Below are positions 13,110 to 24,474 of a DNA stretch of 64,000 nucleotides, in pieces. The stretch comes from Podarcis tiliguerta (Eukaryota): the NCBI GenBank assembly GCA_965153285.1, contig OZ229127.1. One strand, given 5' to 3'. Below the pieces are notes generated by a model that ran no database searches, was not told where the DNA came from, and worked only from the letters and a program-made list of their open reading frames with translations. The position numbers were made by a program, and so were the translations under genes. The stretch's first letter is position 1. The number at the start of each line of letters is the position of its first letter.

Positions 13110-13115
13110 TTTAAT
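13110..13115 (-). terminator. Candidate polyadenylation signal (ATTAAA) of GNG7, implying a 3' UTR of about 3.1 kb
   Basis: Plus-strand tttaat lies at the end of an AT-rich block (13100-13520) that closes a repeat-poor stretch continuous with the GNG7 stop codon. Confidence 0.4.
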
Positions 13116-16100
13116 TCGTTGTGTGATCAATATCCTTATTGTTTTAAACAGCAATTCCACAAAATATTAAACACTGTGCGAGGAAAGAAACTGGTCTATG
13201 GCACACAGGAAGAAAAGAATGATGAAGGGCTTGGCAAAAAGTGAAAGGAAACCAAGGAGGAGAGAGATGATCAAGCCTACGTTACAGACACGGGTTTTCA
13301 CTTCCCTAAAAATACAATCTTTACAAATCTCGATTTGCTTTTGGCAACAATATCAGGATTTGGCAAATAAGAACAAGGAATTGGAGAAAGAATTCAAAAG
13401 CACAAAACACCTGTGTGGCAGGCAATCTTTTTTTCTTCTCAAAAAAGAAAAACCACCTCTGAAATCAATGCATTTTAAGCTTGTTAAATTAAAAAGAGAA
13501 CCTCGGAAAGTACTTATTTCATCAGTTTGGCAAAAAGAGAGAAGGGGGCAAATTGGCACCTTTGGAGAGTCAGGGGGACGTAAGGCCTGGATCTCCGGAG
13601 AAGAGATGTGGGTTTTAGGGGGTTCCCCCTGCTTCGGAGTGGGGTGCTGGGACAGGACAGCCGTGCCCCCTCCTCCTTCAACTGGAGCAGCGCAGAAGGA
13701 AGAGCTTGCAAGCGAGGGGCAGGAGAGCTGGGTGGGGAGGGGGTTGCCGAGGAGGAGGCGGCCCTGGGGCGTCTCTCTCTTGCCCCCCAGCCCAGCTGCC
13801 CAAACCCCCTCTTTGGTGCAGCAATGGCCCTGGGCAAGCAGGTGGAGAGGGGCAGGGAGCAGACACTCTCTGGCTGGCAAGCAAGGGGTTAAAGTGCCCC
13901 CCAGGGGAGAGGAGGGTTGGCGCACCTGCCATGGCTTTTTCCGGGGCTCCCGGGGTCTCCCCTCTCTTGCTCCCTCCCAGTTTTGGGCAAGGGCTGGGAA
14001 GGGAGGGCCGGTGCTCCCCTAGGACTGTGCGGACCCCCTAGGAGGAGCAAGCCCCCCCTCGCCAAAGAGATGCAGACAGCTACAAGCAGCAGCGCCAGTC
14101 TGCCCTGGGATGCAGCCAGGAAAAAGCAACCACGAGTCACAGCCACCCACAAGAAGATTTCTTTTCCTATTAAAGGGGGGGGGTCCTTCTGGACTCCCAT
14201 TGCCTTCCCCCAAATGCAGAGGGCTCCCCCTCCCCACAGAGGTCAGAAGTGGGGAGCCCCGACCCCCCTGCCTCCTCCATGGGAAGCAGCTCCTCCTAGG
14301 GACCCTGGCAGGATGGGGCCATTGGATGTGGCAGGGGTGCCCCCCCCGCCCTTGAGCCACCATAGCCGTGGCACAGCCTGCCCCTCACCCTATAGGTGAA
14401 CCACACCCCTCCCTCACTCCCCATCCTGCTCTCAGGGTCTGGCCCCCCAGGACCCCTCCTGCTCCAACCATGTGGGTATGTGGGGGAGCTCCCACTCTGC
14501 CCTAGGCCTTGCTCCATGGTTTGTGATGCTGGTTGGCTGTGGGGTGGGCAGAGAGAGACAGCAGAGAGAAGGTGATTTTGGGGGGGGGGGAGGCCTGCAA
14601 GAGCTCAGCAGGAGGGAGGCCACTTGAGGGTGGAACCAGAGAAAAGAACAAGACTCCCCCAGGCCAAAGGACAGCAGAAAGGGGCCACATTTGCTGCTTT
14701 TGTGGTGTGCATGCGCCTATGTCTTGCTCTGGGGACCCACCCCAAAAGGTCCAGAGAGGGCTTGAGAGCGCTGGGGTAGAAAGCAAAGGGGAAATGGCTG
14801 GGGTCAACTCTCAGGGGTCAGCAGCCCAGCAGGAGGAGGAAGAAATGCCCAGGGAAGGCTGAAAAAATCTGGGGGTGGGGGGCTGCTTGAGTCACAGCAA
14901 GGCCACCCCCCTGGCGAGGAAGGGAAGGAAGGAATGGGACAGAGCAGCAGGGGCACCCCTTTGGACCCCCCCCATCTGGCTCAATGTGTGACAAGGGGGA
15001 GAACGCAGACGCCACAGGGTTGGGGGGGGGCTTTAGGGGGTGTCCCTTTCCGCCAAACTCTCTCTGCAGAGGACACACCACGCCATGCGGGGGGGGGGGC
15101 GTGTCAACCCCACTCCTCCAAATACCCCAGGAGGGAAAGGAGCAAAGCAGAGCTCCTTCTGCCCCCTCCCTTCCACTGTGGCCCCTCCATTTTTCTTTCC
15201 CAAGGACAGCAGGGACCGACTGCCAAATGAGGCCTCCTTCCCTTGGGGGCATCCGAGAGCAAACCTGCTGGCTTGGATGGACCCCCCCCCCGGGGCCTGG
15301 ATGCCAGGGCAGAGCGAGGGGCAAGGGGCTTTGGGACGGGGCCTTTCCAATCTCTCTCTCCCCCTCCCTCCTTCAGGAACAGTTGCCTGGGCTGTGGGGT
15401 CCCACGGCCTGCCCCCCATCCCCCTGAGACAGGCCACCTTCGGCCTCTTCCTGCAGGGCTGTCGTCTGCAGAGTCCCCTCCGCTCTTCCCCCAAGGAGAG
15501 AACCTCCTTTCTCCCTTGCCAGGTGGGGGGCAGGAAGATGCCCACTTTCTGCTCCCCCCACATCGAGGAAGGAGCCTTTCGCTCTCTCCTTCGAGGGAGT
15601 TGTTGATGGGGGACTCATGCAGGGAGACGCAGCCCTAGCAGGGCGAGGGGCTCAGGTTAGGAGGGGTGCACAGGAGGGGGTCTGCTCCCCAAGGAAGGGA
15701 GACTCTCCTCCTCCGTGGGGACAGGAAGGCGCCCCCTGGCCCCCCACCCAGCCCTGTCAGGGATTCTGCAGGGGGTCCGTGGCACTTCCAAGGCAGGAGC
15801 CACCTTGGGGAAAGGCGGGGGCCGGGTCATGGTTCCTGCCTTCTCCCCACTGCTCCTGTGAGGCTTTTGAACCAAGGACTCCAGGGTGGGTCATTTGCAA
15901 AGGGGCACAGTGCGCAGACGCGCGTGCAGAGAGCCCATCTCCCACAGAGCCACACCTCTGGTCTCACCTGCCAAGGGCCAAAGTGGGGAACTTTGGCGTC
16001 CAGGCTGACCCCAGCCCACCGGACGGACATCAGGGCGGTTTCCAAAAGGGCATGCCCGCCTCCCCCAAGCACCAACTTTGTTCCCGGGACTGGGATCCCC

Positions 16101-16214
16101 TGGGGGTCAGAATCGGACCTGGGCTTAGTGCAGCCTGCACCCTGATGAGCCCCCTCTGCCCCGGCACGCCTCGGGTGTCCAGTGCCGCCGAGAGACCGGC
16201 CAGGCAGGGGCAGG

Positions 16215-16340
16215 CTATAGGATGGTGCAGGGCTTCTTATCCTTGAAGGGGTTCTCAGAGGCTGGGACGCCCACCAGCAGAGGGTCGTTCCTGGCCTGCT
16301 GCTCGCAGTAATTCATGAGCTCCGAGGAGGCTTTGGAGAC
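16215..16340 (-). CDS. GNG7: G protein gamma subunit 7, last coding exon
   Basis: After a cag acceptor (16341-16343) it reads [41 protein letters not shown], the GGL domain with a CaaX (CTIL) prenylation box. Phase 0, matching the upstream exon. Confidence 0.95.
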   Translation of the reverse strand, partial: VSKASSELMNYCEQQARNDPLLVGVPASENPFKDKKPCTIL

Positions 16341-16835
16341 CTGAGTGGGGAAGAAGGAGAGAGAGGAATGAGAGCAGCAGCAGGATCAGGTCTGGACTAA
16401 TCTCAGGAGAACCATGAACCAAGGAAGGAAACACTGAAGGGCAAGACGGGAGCTGTGTTTCAGCTCCACGCTTAGCAGGGGTCCCTCCATGCCCCCCCGC
16501 CCCCTCTCTTCCTGTCCTCCTCGTCTTCCTTTGGAGACCTTGCAGCAATGGGGTTTGGGAGCCAGAGTTTTATTTCTGTCCCAAGGTCTCTTCTGGGAGC
16601 CAGACCCCAAGAGAGGCTCCCCGAGACCCCGGACAAGAAGGGTGGGCAGATACACTCAGCCCCCCATTGCCAGAGTGATTGGCCAGAGAAGATGCGGGGG
16701 GGGGCTCTTTCTCTTGCATGAGGAGTGGGGTGCGTAAGTAGTCTGGACAGCCCAGGACGCCCCCTGCCCCCGGGAGAGCTTTGCAGGACCCTGTGGGGGT
16801 GTGCTTGGGGGGGGGGCTCCTCTTTCCTGGCGCAC

Positions 16836-16916
16836 CTTTATCCTCTCGATCCCGGCCTCGATCCGCAGCTGCTCCACCAGCTTCCGTGCCTGGGCGATGT
16901 TGTTAGTGGTCGACAT
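16836..16916 (-). CDS. GNG7: G protein gamma subunit 7, first coding exon
   Basis: accATG then MSTTNNIAQARKLVEQLRIEAGIERIK followed by a GT donor (AAG|gtgcg). A polypyrimidine acceptor at about 16952-16977 shows that further 5'-UTR exons lie upstream. The spliced product is 68 aa. Confidence 0.95.
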
Positions 16917-17317
16917 GGTCTGCCATGGGCTCTGCGCCAGCGCCTGGAATGCTGCCAGGGGGAAAGGAGAGGAAAAGCACGTGGGGCTTCCTTCTTTCCT
17001 AGAGTGACCCACTCCCCTCCTGCTCCTGCCTCTCAGGGCGCCGCCCAGGTGAGCAAGAGCAGCTCAGGCATCTCCTGCTAATGTATCTTTAAACTTAAAT
17101 ATTGACCTTCCCTTTCTTAAAATACAGGCTATCAATCTGAAACAAATCTAGAAGGCACAATTTGCTTCAAAGGAGAATGCTATGCTACGTTTGTCATTTC
17201 TTAATCTTCTGACATGCTCTGCATTTTGTATACTTGTACTTCTCATGCTCTGTGTTTCTGTGTTTTGGATGTTTGCTATAAGCGGTTTTGAGCACAGCTC
17301 ATTGTGGGAAAATGACT

Positions 17318-17456
17318 GTGAATTGTAGGGTTGGAAGGGACCCCAGGGGTCATCTAGCTCAACCCTCTGCAACGCAGGAATCTTTTCACCCAATGTGGGG
17401 CTTGAACTCACAACCCTGAGATTAAGGGTCTCCTGCTCTCCAGACTGAGCTACCCA
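17318..17456 (-). mobile_element. tRNA-Lys-headed, CR1-tailed SINE
   Basis: Reverse complement reads tagctcagtctggagagcaggagacccttaatctcagggttgtgagttcaagccccacattggg plus a CR1 tail. Confidence 0.8.
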
Positions 17457-17479
17457 GCATGTAAGTGAACTCAGTCAAC

Positions 17480-17533
17480 CAATCAGTCAGTCAGTCAGTC
17501 AGTCAGTCAGTCAATCAATCAATCAATCAATCA
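17480..17533. repeat. (AGTC)n(AATC)n compound microsatellite
   Basis: Direct reading. Confidence 0.9.
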
Positions 17534-17929
17534 ATAAGAGGGAGGCCTCTTCCCTTTCCCCCTTTTTACAATAACATTATTGCCCACCCCACCCCTCCCT
17601 GAAGTACAGAGACAGTGCTAAGGAGCAGTCCATGGGAACCGAGACTCAAAGTGGTTCCGCCCAGCAGGAATAAATCCAGGCAAAGGGTGGCTCTGCAGTG
17701 TCCCAGGAGAAAGACGTGTTTGAGAAGCTTGCACAGAGTCAAGCTGTACAGAAAGCAATGCTGCTCCCCCCCCCCCAGGGTGTAAGGATTCTGCCCCAGA
17801 CCTGCGACACCCCAACCCCTGCTTGGATTCAGATTGCTCTCTCATTTCTGTTTCCGGGTTCCTGCGCCTTGAACAGCTTTCTGCACCGAGGGGATTTCAG
17901 CAGGGTATAAGCTCTATGGGAGAATTATC

Positions 17930-18257
17930 TTTTTTTTAAAAAGATATTTATTAAAAGTTTTATAGTTACAGAAGAAAGTGTAAAAGAAAAAAGAAACGAT
18001 GAAAAAGTTAACAAACAATATATAAAAAAAGAAAAGAAAAAGAAAAGAAAAAGAAAAAAGAACAATACACAATAAAAAGAAAAAACACACACATCCAAAT
18101 TCCGTATCATTATCTTTCATTTACTTGTTTCCTCGACTTCCTCACACCTCCCTTTTTTGTATTCTAGTTCAAATGCTAATTCAGCAAATCTTTTCCCTCT
18201 TTCTCAATTTTTGTTCTATAGATTATCTTAACTCAATCTAACTTTAAATTAGATTGT
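17930..18257 (-). mobile_element. L1-type 3' UTR and poly(A) fragment
   Basis: T-run with tttattaaa (reverse polyA signal and tail) and a gacttcc..ca..cctc block resembling the reverse of the L1 3' UTR at 42370-42570. Confidence 0.6.
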
Positions 18258-20037
18258 AGCCAAAAAGCTACAATGATGTTCAGAATTTACCTAAGCACCA
18301 AGCTGTAAATTGGTATAAAGCTATGGACTCTGAGATAGCTTCTTTAAAAGAGCATAACACCTAGTCTCTTGTACCACAAACCCCAGATATGAGACTTATA
18401 GATTCAAAATGGGTTTATAGAGCTAAAATGAATGCCAAAAATGAAGTTGTAAGGTACAAGGCAAGATTAGTCGCTAGAGGTTTTCAACAAATTTTTATGC
18501 GTGTTCCTGAAGGCATAGACGCCGCTGAAGGTTTGGTATGCAAATTAAATAAATCCCTTTATGGTCTGCACCAAAGTGGGAGAAATTGGCACCAAACTTT
18601 AGCAAAAGAATTGCTGGATATTGGTTTTTCACAAGGAAAGGCGGACAATTGTGTGTTCATAAAGGAAAGGGCAAACTCTGTAACTAAGATATGTGTGTAT
18701 GTAGATGACGTGTTAGTTTCTACAAAAACTAAACAGGAATATGAACAAGTAGTATCACAGTTACAGAAGAAATTTGATGAGGTGGAATTAGGCATAGCTA
18801 AAAATTACTTATCCATGCAAATTGAGAAAAGCAAAAATGGATCTTTTCTGGTTCATCAAACTGCAAAAATTGATGATCTTGTTGAAATGCTATGTTTAGA
18901 AAATGCAAATGGGAAGGAAACACCTATGGTGTGTGGTTTTACCTTTACAGGTGAAGATAAGCCATTTCTTAACAAAACTTTGTATCGTTCTGCTATAGGC
19001 AAGCTAAATTTCATTCAAAGAATCTCAAGACCAGATATAACTTATGCCTTTCACTTTCTGGCAAAATTTGTGGAAAAGCCCACTACGCAATGTTTCTCTG
19101 CTCTTAAGAGAGTAGTAATGTACCTCAAACATACCAAACATTATAGGTTGCAGTTTACATCAAGTATTGACAAAGGTTTTGAAATTTTCTGCGATGCATC
19201 TCATGCAGTGGAACAAAATAATTGCAGGGGTGTGTCTGGTATGGTGTTTTGTTATAACGGTTGTCCTTTTGAATGGAAGTCGCAGACACAAACCATTATT
19301 TGTCTCTCCACAACAGAGAGTGAATTATGTGCATGCGTTCAGGCCACTCGTGATGTGGAATGGTATCTGCAAGTATTTGCAGACCTACAGATGAAAGTAA
19401 CACTACCAGTAAAAGTTTACCTTGATTCCCAGAGCGGACTCGCTATCCTGTGTTCAGAGACCAATACGCAGCGCACTAGAGTCTTAAGATTACGTTTAGA
19501 ATTTGTAAAGAAACTAATTGCTGATGAAATGATTGTATTCGAATATGTTCCAGGTGATAATCAAATTGCGGACATTTTTACAAAAGCACTTCCAAGGGTT
19601 ACACATGAAAGACATGTAAGAAATATGCTTTATGTTTTTGTTCCACAATGATGAACCGCAGGGGAAATGTTGAATGGGTTTTTTTAAATGTAAAGGTTCA
19701 TCATTGTTCCACCCAATGTGTATGTCTTTAAGGGGCCAGAGCAAAATAACGAGACCCAGCTTTACAGCTGTGAAACATAGCAGGTGCTGCTGAGTTGTGT
19801 TCATCAAGCTGTGTCAGCAATTGGGTCTAGTATATAAGGAGCAGCACCTAGCTCCTCTCCCATTACCCTGGGGGGTGGGTTGGTGGGTGGGTCTGGTTTG
19901 TTGTTGTTATCTTTAGTGTAAAAGGAGTTTTTGTTTTTGTTATTAAAACCTTGTTGAAGTTATTTTTGAGTCCCTTTTTAATGCATGGTCTCCCCAGCAA
20001 GCTCTCTGCAGCGCTACCATACTGCAAAAAGCCAACA
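18258..20037 (+). mobile_element. Ty1/copia LTR retrotransposon, 5'-truncated (RT-RNaseH, PPT, 3' LTR)
   Basis: PKSY..W.KAMDSEI.SLKEHNT*SLV pre-RT motif, then KWVY..RYKARLVARGF, LNKSLYGLHQSGRNW, YVDD, and RNaseH CDAS/STTESE/DSQS/ADIFTKAL. PPT aggggaaa at 19660-19667, LTR TGTTG(19668)...CAACA(20037) with TATA at about 19831. Confidence 0.92.
18389..19651 (+). pseudogene. Copia pol remnant (420-aa ORF, RT with internal deletion plus RNase H)
   Basis: In-frame TAG at 18362-18364 replaces a conserved Trp upstream. The segment normally between LVARGFxQ and IYMxxPEG, including the DVxxAFL catalytic Asp, is missing at about 18490. Confidence 0.85.
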
Positions 20038-21401
20038 TTAGCAAGGGGCTTAGCTGAAAGAAGCTTTCAGGAGCAAAGGAGAGGCAGCTGCTTGCATTGG
20101 AGGCGTTGTCAGCAGGTAGGTGCCCCAAGAGAGCCGAGTTCCTCCAGTTCAGACTGGGAGTGCTGGTTTTGGAGCTTTCTCCAGCGAAACCTGGAGGCTT
20201 CTCTCCCGGGAGGAGGGAGCCGGTCCCTTGGCCTGGGAGCACTTGAGGGGGGGTGAAGGAGAGGATCTCTTAAGGCACCCAGAAAGAAAGCAGGGGGTCC
20301 TCAGCCCCCTGTCCTCCCAGGAGTCCTTGTAGGTGTTATTCAAAAGATATGACCCCCAGCGAAGGTGTGTGGCAGTTTTGAAAGATTTTAGGGACTGCCC
20401 CGCCCCTTAGCCAAAGACCACCCAAAAGCACCACACCGAATTGTGCATCTGCAGCAGAACTCTGAGAGTGTGGCTTGTGAGGGTTTGTCAGAAGATCTGA
20501 TAATGCTGGCAGGTTGCCTTATCCTGGCCAGTCTGGGACATTTTTGAAATGGTTTCTGAAACCTGCCCTATTCACACACAAAATGTGCTCTTTTGACTGG
20601 ATTGGAAGGATTTGTAAGTGAAAAGAACCTTTGGGAGAGGTGTTTCCAAGCTATTCTCTTGGGGTCCTTAAGTGTGAAGATGATTTCTGGATTGCTCCCC
20701 TGTTCTATTTTAGAAATAATAATAATAATTTTATTATTTACAGTCCGCCCATCTGACTGGGTTATATTTGTGTGTGTTTTACCTTGTGTACTTGCAAACA
20801 TTCATTTTATTTCTGGCACCTTAGAACTCTTAAAACAGAGGGAAGGCTTACATGCGAGTAATCTTTGCAGGTGGTGTCTCCACCTGAGCCCAGAACCTGC
20901 CCATGCTGCAGGTGGAGGTCTTCCCTTGCAGGGCTGGGGGCTCCACTGACTCTGGGACTCAGCTACAGGAATTTGGTGGGGGCTGGACAATGTGGCAGCA
21001 CTGCGGGAGGGGGGCCCCAAAGTGGCCCCCACTAGCCAGAGCAGCTCAGGGGTGGTGGCCACTTGTGTCGACGCTGGGTAGGTCCAAAGCCCCAGCCGCT
21101 TCCCATGTGGGGGCAAAGCCCCTTTGGACTGGGGAGGTGGAAGTGGGGCCTCTTCATGCGCCCCTTGATGGACGCGCAGGAGGCAGCAACAGCCGCAGGG
21201 GCAATGGCTGCCCACAGGTGCCCCTCTCTGCCGAGTCTGCAGCGTTCCAGGTGGGGGCGCCGCAAAGTCGCCCGCGGGACCGAGTCCCACCACTGGACGG
21301 CTCTGAGGGGAAATGCTTGCCCAGGGGGACAGTGGTCCTTAAGGGAGGGTGGGGCGGTTGCAGGGTGCCTGGCAAATGCGCTCCTCCTCTTGCCTCTGCA
21401 G

Positions 21402-22336
21402 CCAAGTCCTCTGCCTCGCTGGCCGGCCCCCTGGCCCCCCTGAACCGCCGCAAGGCGCAGAACCCGTCCACGCTGACCATGGGGATGGAGGCGGTGAAGA
21501 CCCTGAATGAGCGCAAGGGGGTCTCTGTCGTGGCCATAAAGCGTGTTACGGAAATGACGGGGGGGGGGGACATCTTTAAAGTTAAATATTACAAATATTA
21601 TGCCTGAATATATCCTTCCAACTTGACAGCTCAGGGAAGCCCCCCAGCTTTAAAATTAATATAAAATCATCTCCTTTCCCAGTTCCCCCCATTCCAAAGC
21701 TATTTTCCCCTTGAAAAAGGAATCCAGGAAGTTCCCAGAGGTGACAATTGCTGGGCTCATTGTTAGCCAAAGGAAGCCAAATCTCATCACTTGACTCGCC
21801 TCAGGCTCCAGACATGCAAAGGAACTCCTATTGTACTTTTGGGTGGTGGGCACTTAAGACATATTTGTCTATGCTCATCTTATACCTGAGTCTTGCCCCG
21901 CCATGTCTGCTTACGCTAATCTTGTACCAAGGACTTGTCTGGACATGTTTGCCAAGGTTAACCCCTCCCCTTCAAACTGTATTCTGGGATGTGGTGGGAA
22001 AGTTTTAAAAGTCTTTGTCACCCCATCCTCGGGGTTCAAATTTGCTTTTGAACCTATTGCGCAATAAACTTTGGTCTACAGCTATTTGCTCCGGTTGGCT
22101 GGACTCCTTCCTTTATTCCGCAGGGACCCGCGGGCTCTGCCCGACCAGCTGGGGGACGGAGCAGCCTCGCATCTAGATTGTCCCCGAACAAGCGCTACAT
22201 CCTGGGCACCTGCCCCGGGGTGGAACCCATCCGCCTGAAGTACGGCCGGAAGATGGCCCTGGCCAGAGGCCTGGAAAGGGACTGGCTCATCCGGCCACAA
22301 AACTCTTCCGCACTGGGGGCCACAGGGAGATTCAAG
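21402..22336 (+). pseudogene. H1-8: Oocyte-type linker histone H1.8/H1oo/B4-like gene, globular-domain exon (21402-21543 plus 22195-22336) split by a solo LTR
   Basis: Removing the LTR and one TSD gives NPSTLTMGMEAVKTLNERKGVSVVAIKRYILGTCPGVEPIRLKYGRKMALARGLERDWLIRPQNSSALGATGRFK, with the H1oo/B4-specific ..LIRP.NS.A.GATGRFK motif. Bounded by a cag acceptor and a gtgagg donor. Confidence 0.88.
21544..22190 (+). mobile_element. Solo LTR with 4-bp TSD AGCG
   Basis: TGTTAC...GAACA termini, AGCG at 21540-21543 and 22191-22194, AATAAA at about 22063. Confidence 0.92.
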
Positions 22337-22783
22337 GTGAGGGGAAGGGGCTGGAGGGGGTTAGTGGAGGGGTGGTATCTGGTGGGGGACATGTCCTGCT
22401 CCTTCTGAGCCCCCCCCCCCGCCTGCACTCAGCTCCCGCCTTTTAGAAGCTGTCAGCAGGCGACAGCGGCCACAATCCCAGGATGGCTTCGACTGGTCAG
22501 CTGAATCAGCTGATGGGAGCTGAGGGATCTCTGACCCTCAGTGAGTTTGGGGCTTCCCTTGCATGTGAAGACAGGCTCCTGCTAGCTAGGGATGATGGGA
22601 GTTGTAGTCCAACAGCAGCAGGAGACCCAGGTTTGGGAAACACTGATTTAGAGCCAAACGTCTCTGTGGAATCTGCCCTGAGAGCTCAGAAAGACCCCCC
22701 CACACACCCCAGAACTCCTGGGGAGAGGGAGCCTTTTCTCTCCCTGCTCTTAAATGTCCTTTCTTGTGTCCCAACGCCTCCAG

Positions 22784-22898
22784 CTGGGCCCAGCGTATGC
22801 CAGGGGGAAGAAGAGCCCGCAAAAGCACTCGGAGGGGAAAACAGCGCCCACACCAAAGAAAGCGGCCAAGGTTCCTGAGGAGAAAGCGAGGCTGGGAG
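22784..22898 (+). pseudogene. H1-8: H1.8-like next exon (Lys/Ala/Pro-rich tail)
   Basis: ctccag| LGPAYARGKKSPQKHSEGKTAPTPKKAAKVPEEKARLG |gtaagg. Its phase 0 start fits the ...RFK| donor. Confidence 0.75.
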
Positions 22899-24076
22899 GT
22901 AAGGAGGAAGGGCCACAACCACCCCTGGCTCTGTGGTTGCAGGGGGCTGGTGCCTCCATGGACGGAGGCAGGAGAATAAGGGCAATGGTTAATAAGGTTA
23001 ATAATGGTTAATAAGGGCAATAATGGGGCAGAAGGGGCCAGAGTGGGGGTCACTAATCCAGCTGAGAACGAGGAAGCCCTTTCTGTCTGGAATGGGTCCC
23101 TGAGAAGATGGGGGGGGGCCTCTCCTTCCTTGGAGGTTTCTAAGCAGAGCTTGGGTGGCCATCTGTCAGGGATGCTTTATCTGAGAGTCCTGCATTGCAG
23201 GGGGCTGGGCTGGATGACCTCTGGGGACCCCTCCCAACTCTGGTTCTCTAACAGCTGGGCCTCAAAGCCTGCTGAGGTCTTAACTCTCTGCCTCCGCCCC
23301 TCCAAGCTGAACCTCTCTCTGCAAGCTCCTTCACACTTTCCTCCAGGGGCTTCCTCTGTCTCCCCACTTATCTCTGATTGTTTTTCTTTGCCCTCCTCTG
23401 AATTTCTTCCAAAGAGCAGCATCCAGAACCGGCCTCAGGCCGCCGAGATGCTGCCATGGAGCCGCCTCGCCTCCTGCACAGTCCAGGTCCCCTTTCAGTC
23501 AGAAGGCTTTCCGTCCCGGGGGCCGCACGCCCATCTGCACAACCTTCCAGGGGCCAGTGGTGGAGGCGAAGGAGTGGCAAATGTCAGGGCTGCCTTTGGT
23601 TAGCAGGTGACGCACACTCACCCCTCCTCAAAATGAGAGGCAATTGTCCAAGGGCAAAAGCACTGGCAGAGCCTTTTGAGGGCCAGGCAGTAAGTCATGG
23701 AGGGCCGCATCTGGCCCTTGAGAGTGTACCCCATCCCTGGCCTGAAGGAACAAATGTTTGCATTTGGATCTCAGTTTAGCTTGCACCCAAGGAAGTGGGG
23801 AACTCCTTCATTGCTTCTCCATAGTGTAGAGTTGGAAGGGGACCCCCAGGGTCATCCAGTCCACCCCCTGCAATGCAGGAATCTTTGGCTCCGAGATTCA
23901 GAGCCTCAAGGGCCACTGTGGTGACTTGTGTGCATCAATAAGGCTGCTGGCACATTTGCAGAGCTAAGCAGGTCCAGCATGGCTTCACACTGGCAGGGCT
24001 GGATGGCCCTCAGGGTCTCTTCCAACTCTGCCATTCTGCGAGCTGAGCCCCTTCCCCTCTCTCTCCCACCTCGCAG

Positions 24077-24348
24077 GATCCAGGCAAACGTCCAGCGAAG
24101 CCCAAGGGAAAAAGGTCCCCCGGGGGGGGGGGGAGGAAGAGGCCCAAATCCTCAAGAAACAGATATCTTCCAAGGCCCTCGCGGCAAACACACCCGGTGC
24201 CCCCTGGAAAGCTGTGTCTAAGGAAAGCAAGACGGGGGGCCGAGGACGAGGGCCCCCCCAGGCACCTGCAGCGGCCAAGAAAGCCAAGGTTGACCAGGGG
24301 TCCAAGCCCCCCAGAGCCAAAGGGTTTCTACAGCATAGTGTATTTTAA
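24077..24348 (+). pseudogene. H1-8: H1.8-like probable last exon (basic C-terminal tail)
   Basis: Strong polypyrimidine acceptor (..cctcgcag|). In phase 1 it reads SRQTSSEAQGKKVPR...PAAAKKAKVDQGSKPPRAKGFLQHSVF*. AATAAA lies downstream at 25776-25781. Confidence 0.55.
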
Positions 24349-24474
24349 AATGGGGTTTTAGAGTTTTTAGGGGTTTTTGAATGTTTTATGTAGTTTTAAT
24401 GTGGTTTTATGTAGTTTTGTGGTGGTTTTATGCAGTTTTTATGTAGTTTTGTGGTAGTTTCATGCAGTTTTTAT

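Noticed and set aside
16142-16200. Hammerhead ribozyme core (CTGATGAG)
   Set aside because: No stem II followed by GAAA and no flanking helices. Other CTGATGA hits in the window also lack them.
20868-20914. E-box cluster (CAGGTG/CACCTG) as an oocyte FIGLA-type promoter for the H1.8-like gene
   Set aside because: These hexamers are frequent throughout the window and the TSS is unknown, so the call cannot be supported from sequence alone.
20903-21607. 234-aa ORF as a real protein
   Set aside because: Only the H1-like 21402-21543 part is recognisable. The rest is GC-rich read-through plus LTR sequence.
23415-23606. Additional phase-1 H1.8 exon
   Set aside because: The frame is open with possible AG/GT ends, but the peptide is not Lys-rich or recognisable. 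Insufficient support.
24380-24474. CRISPR-like or coding repeat array
   Set aside because: Imperfect T-rich tandem units without unique spacers, in a vertebrate context.
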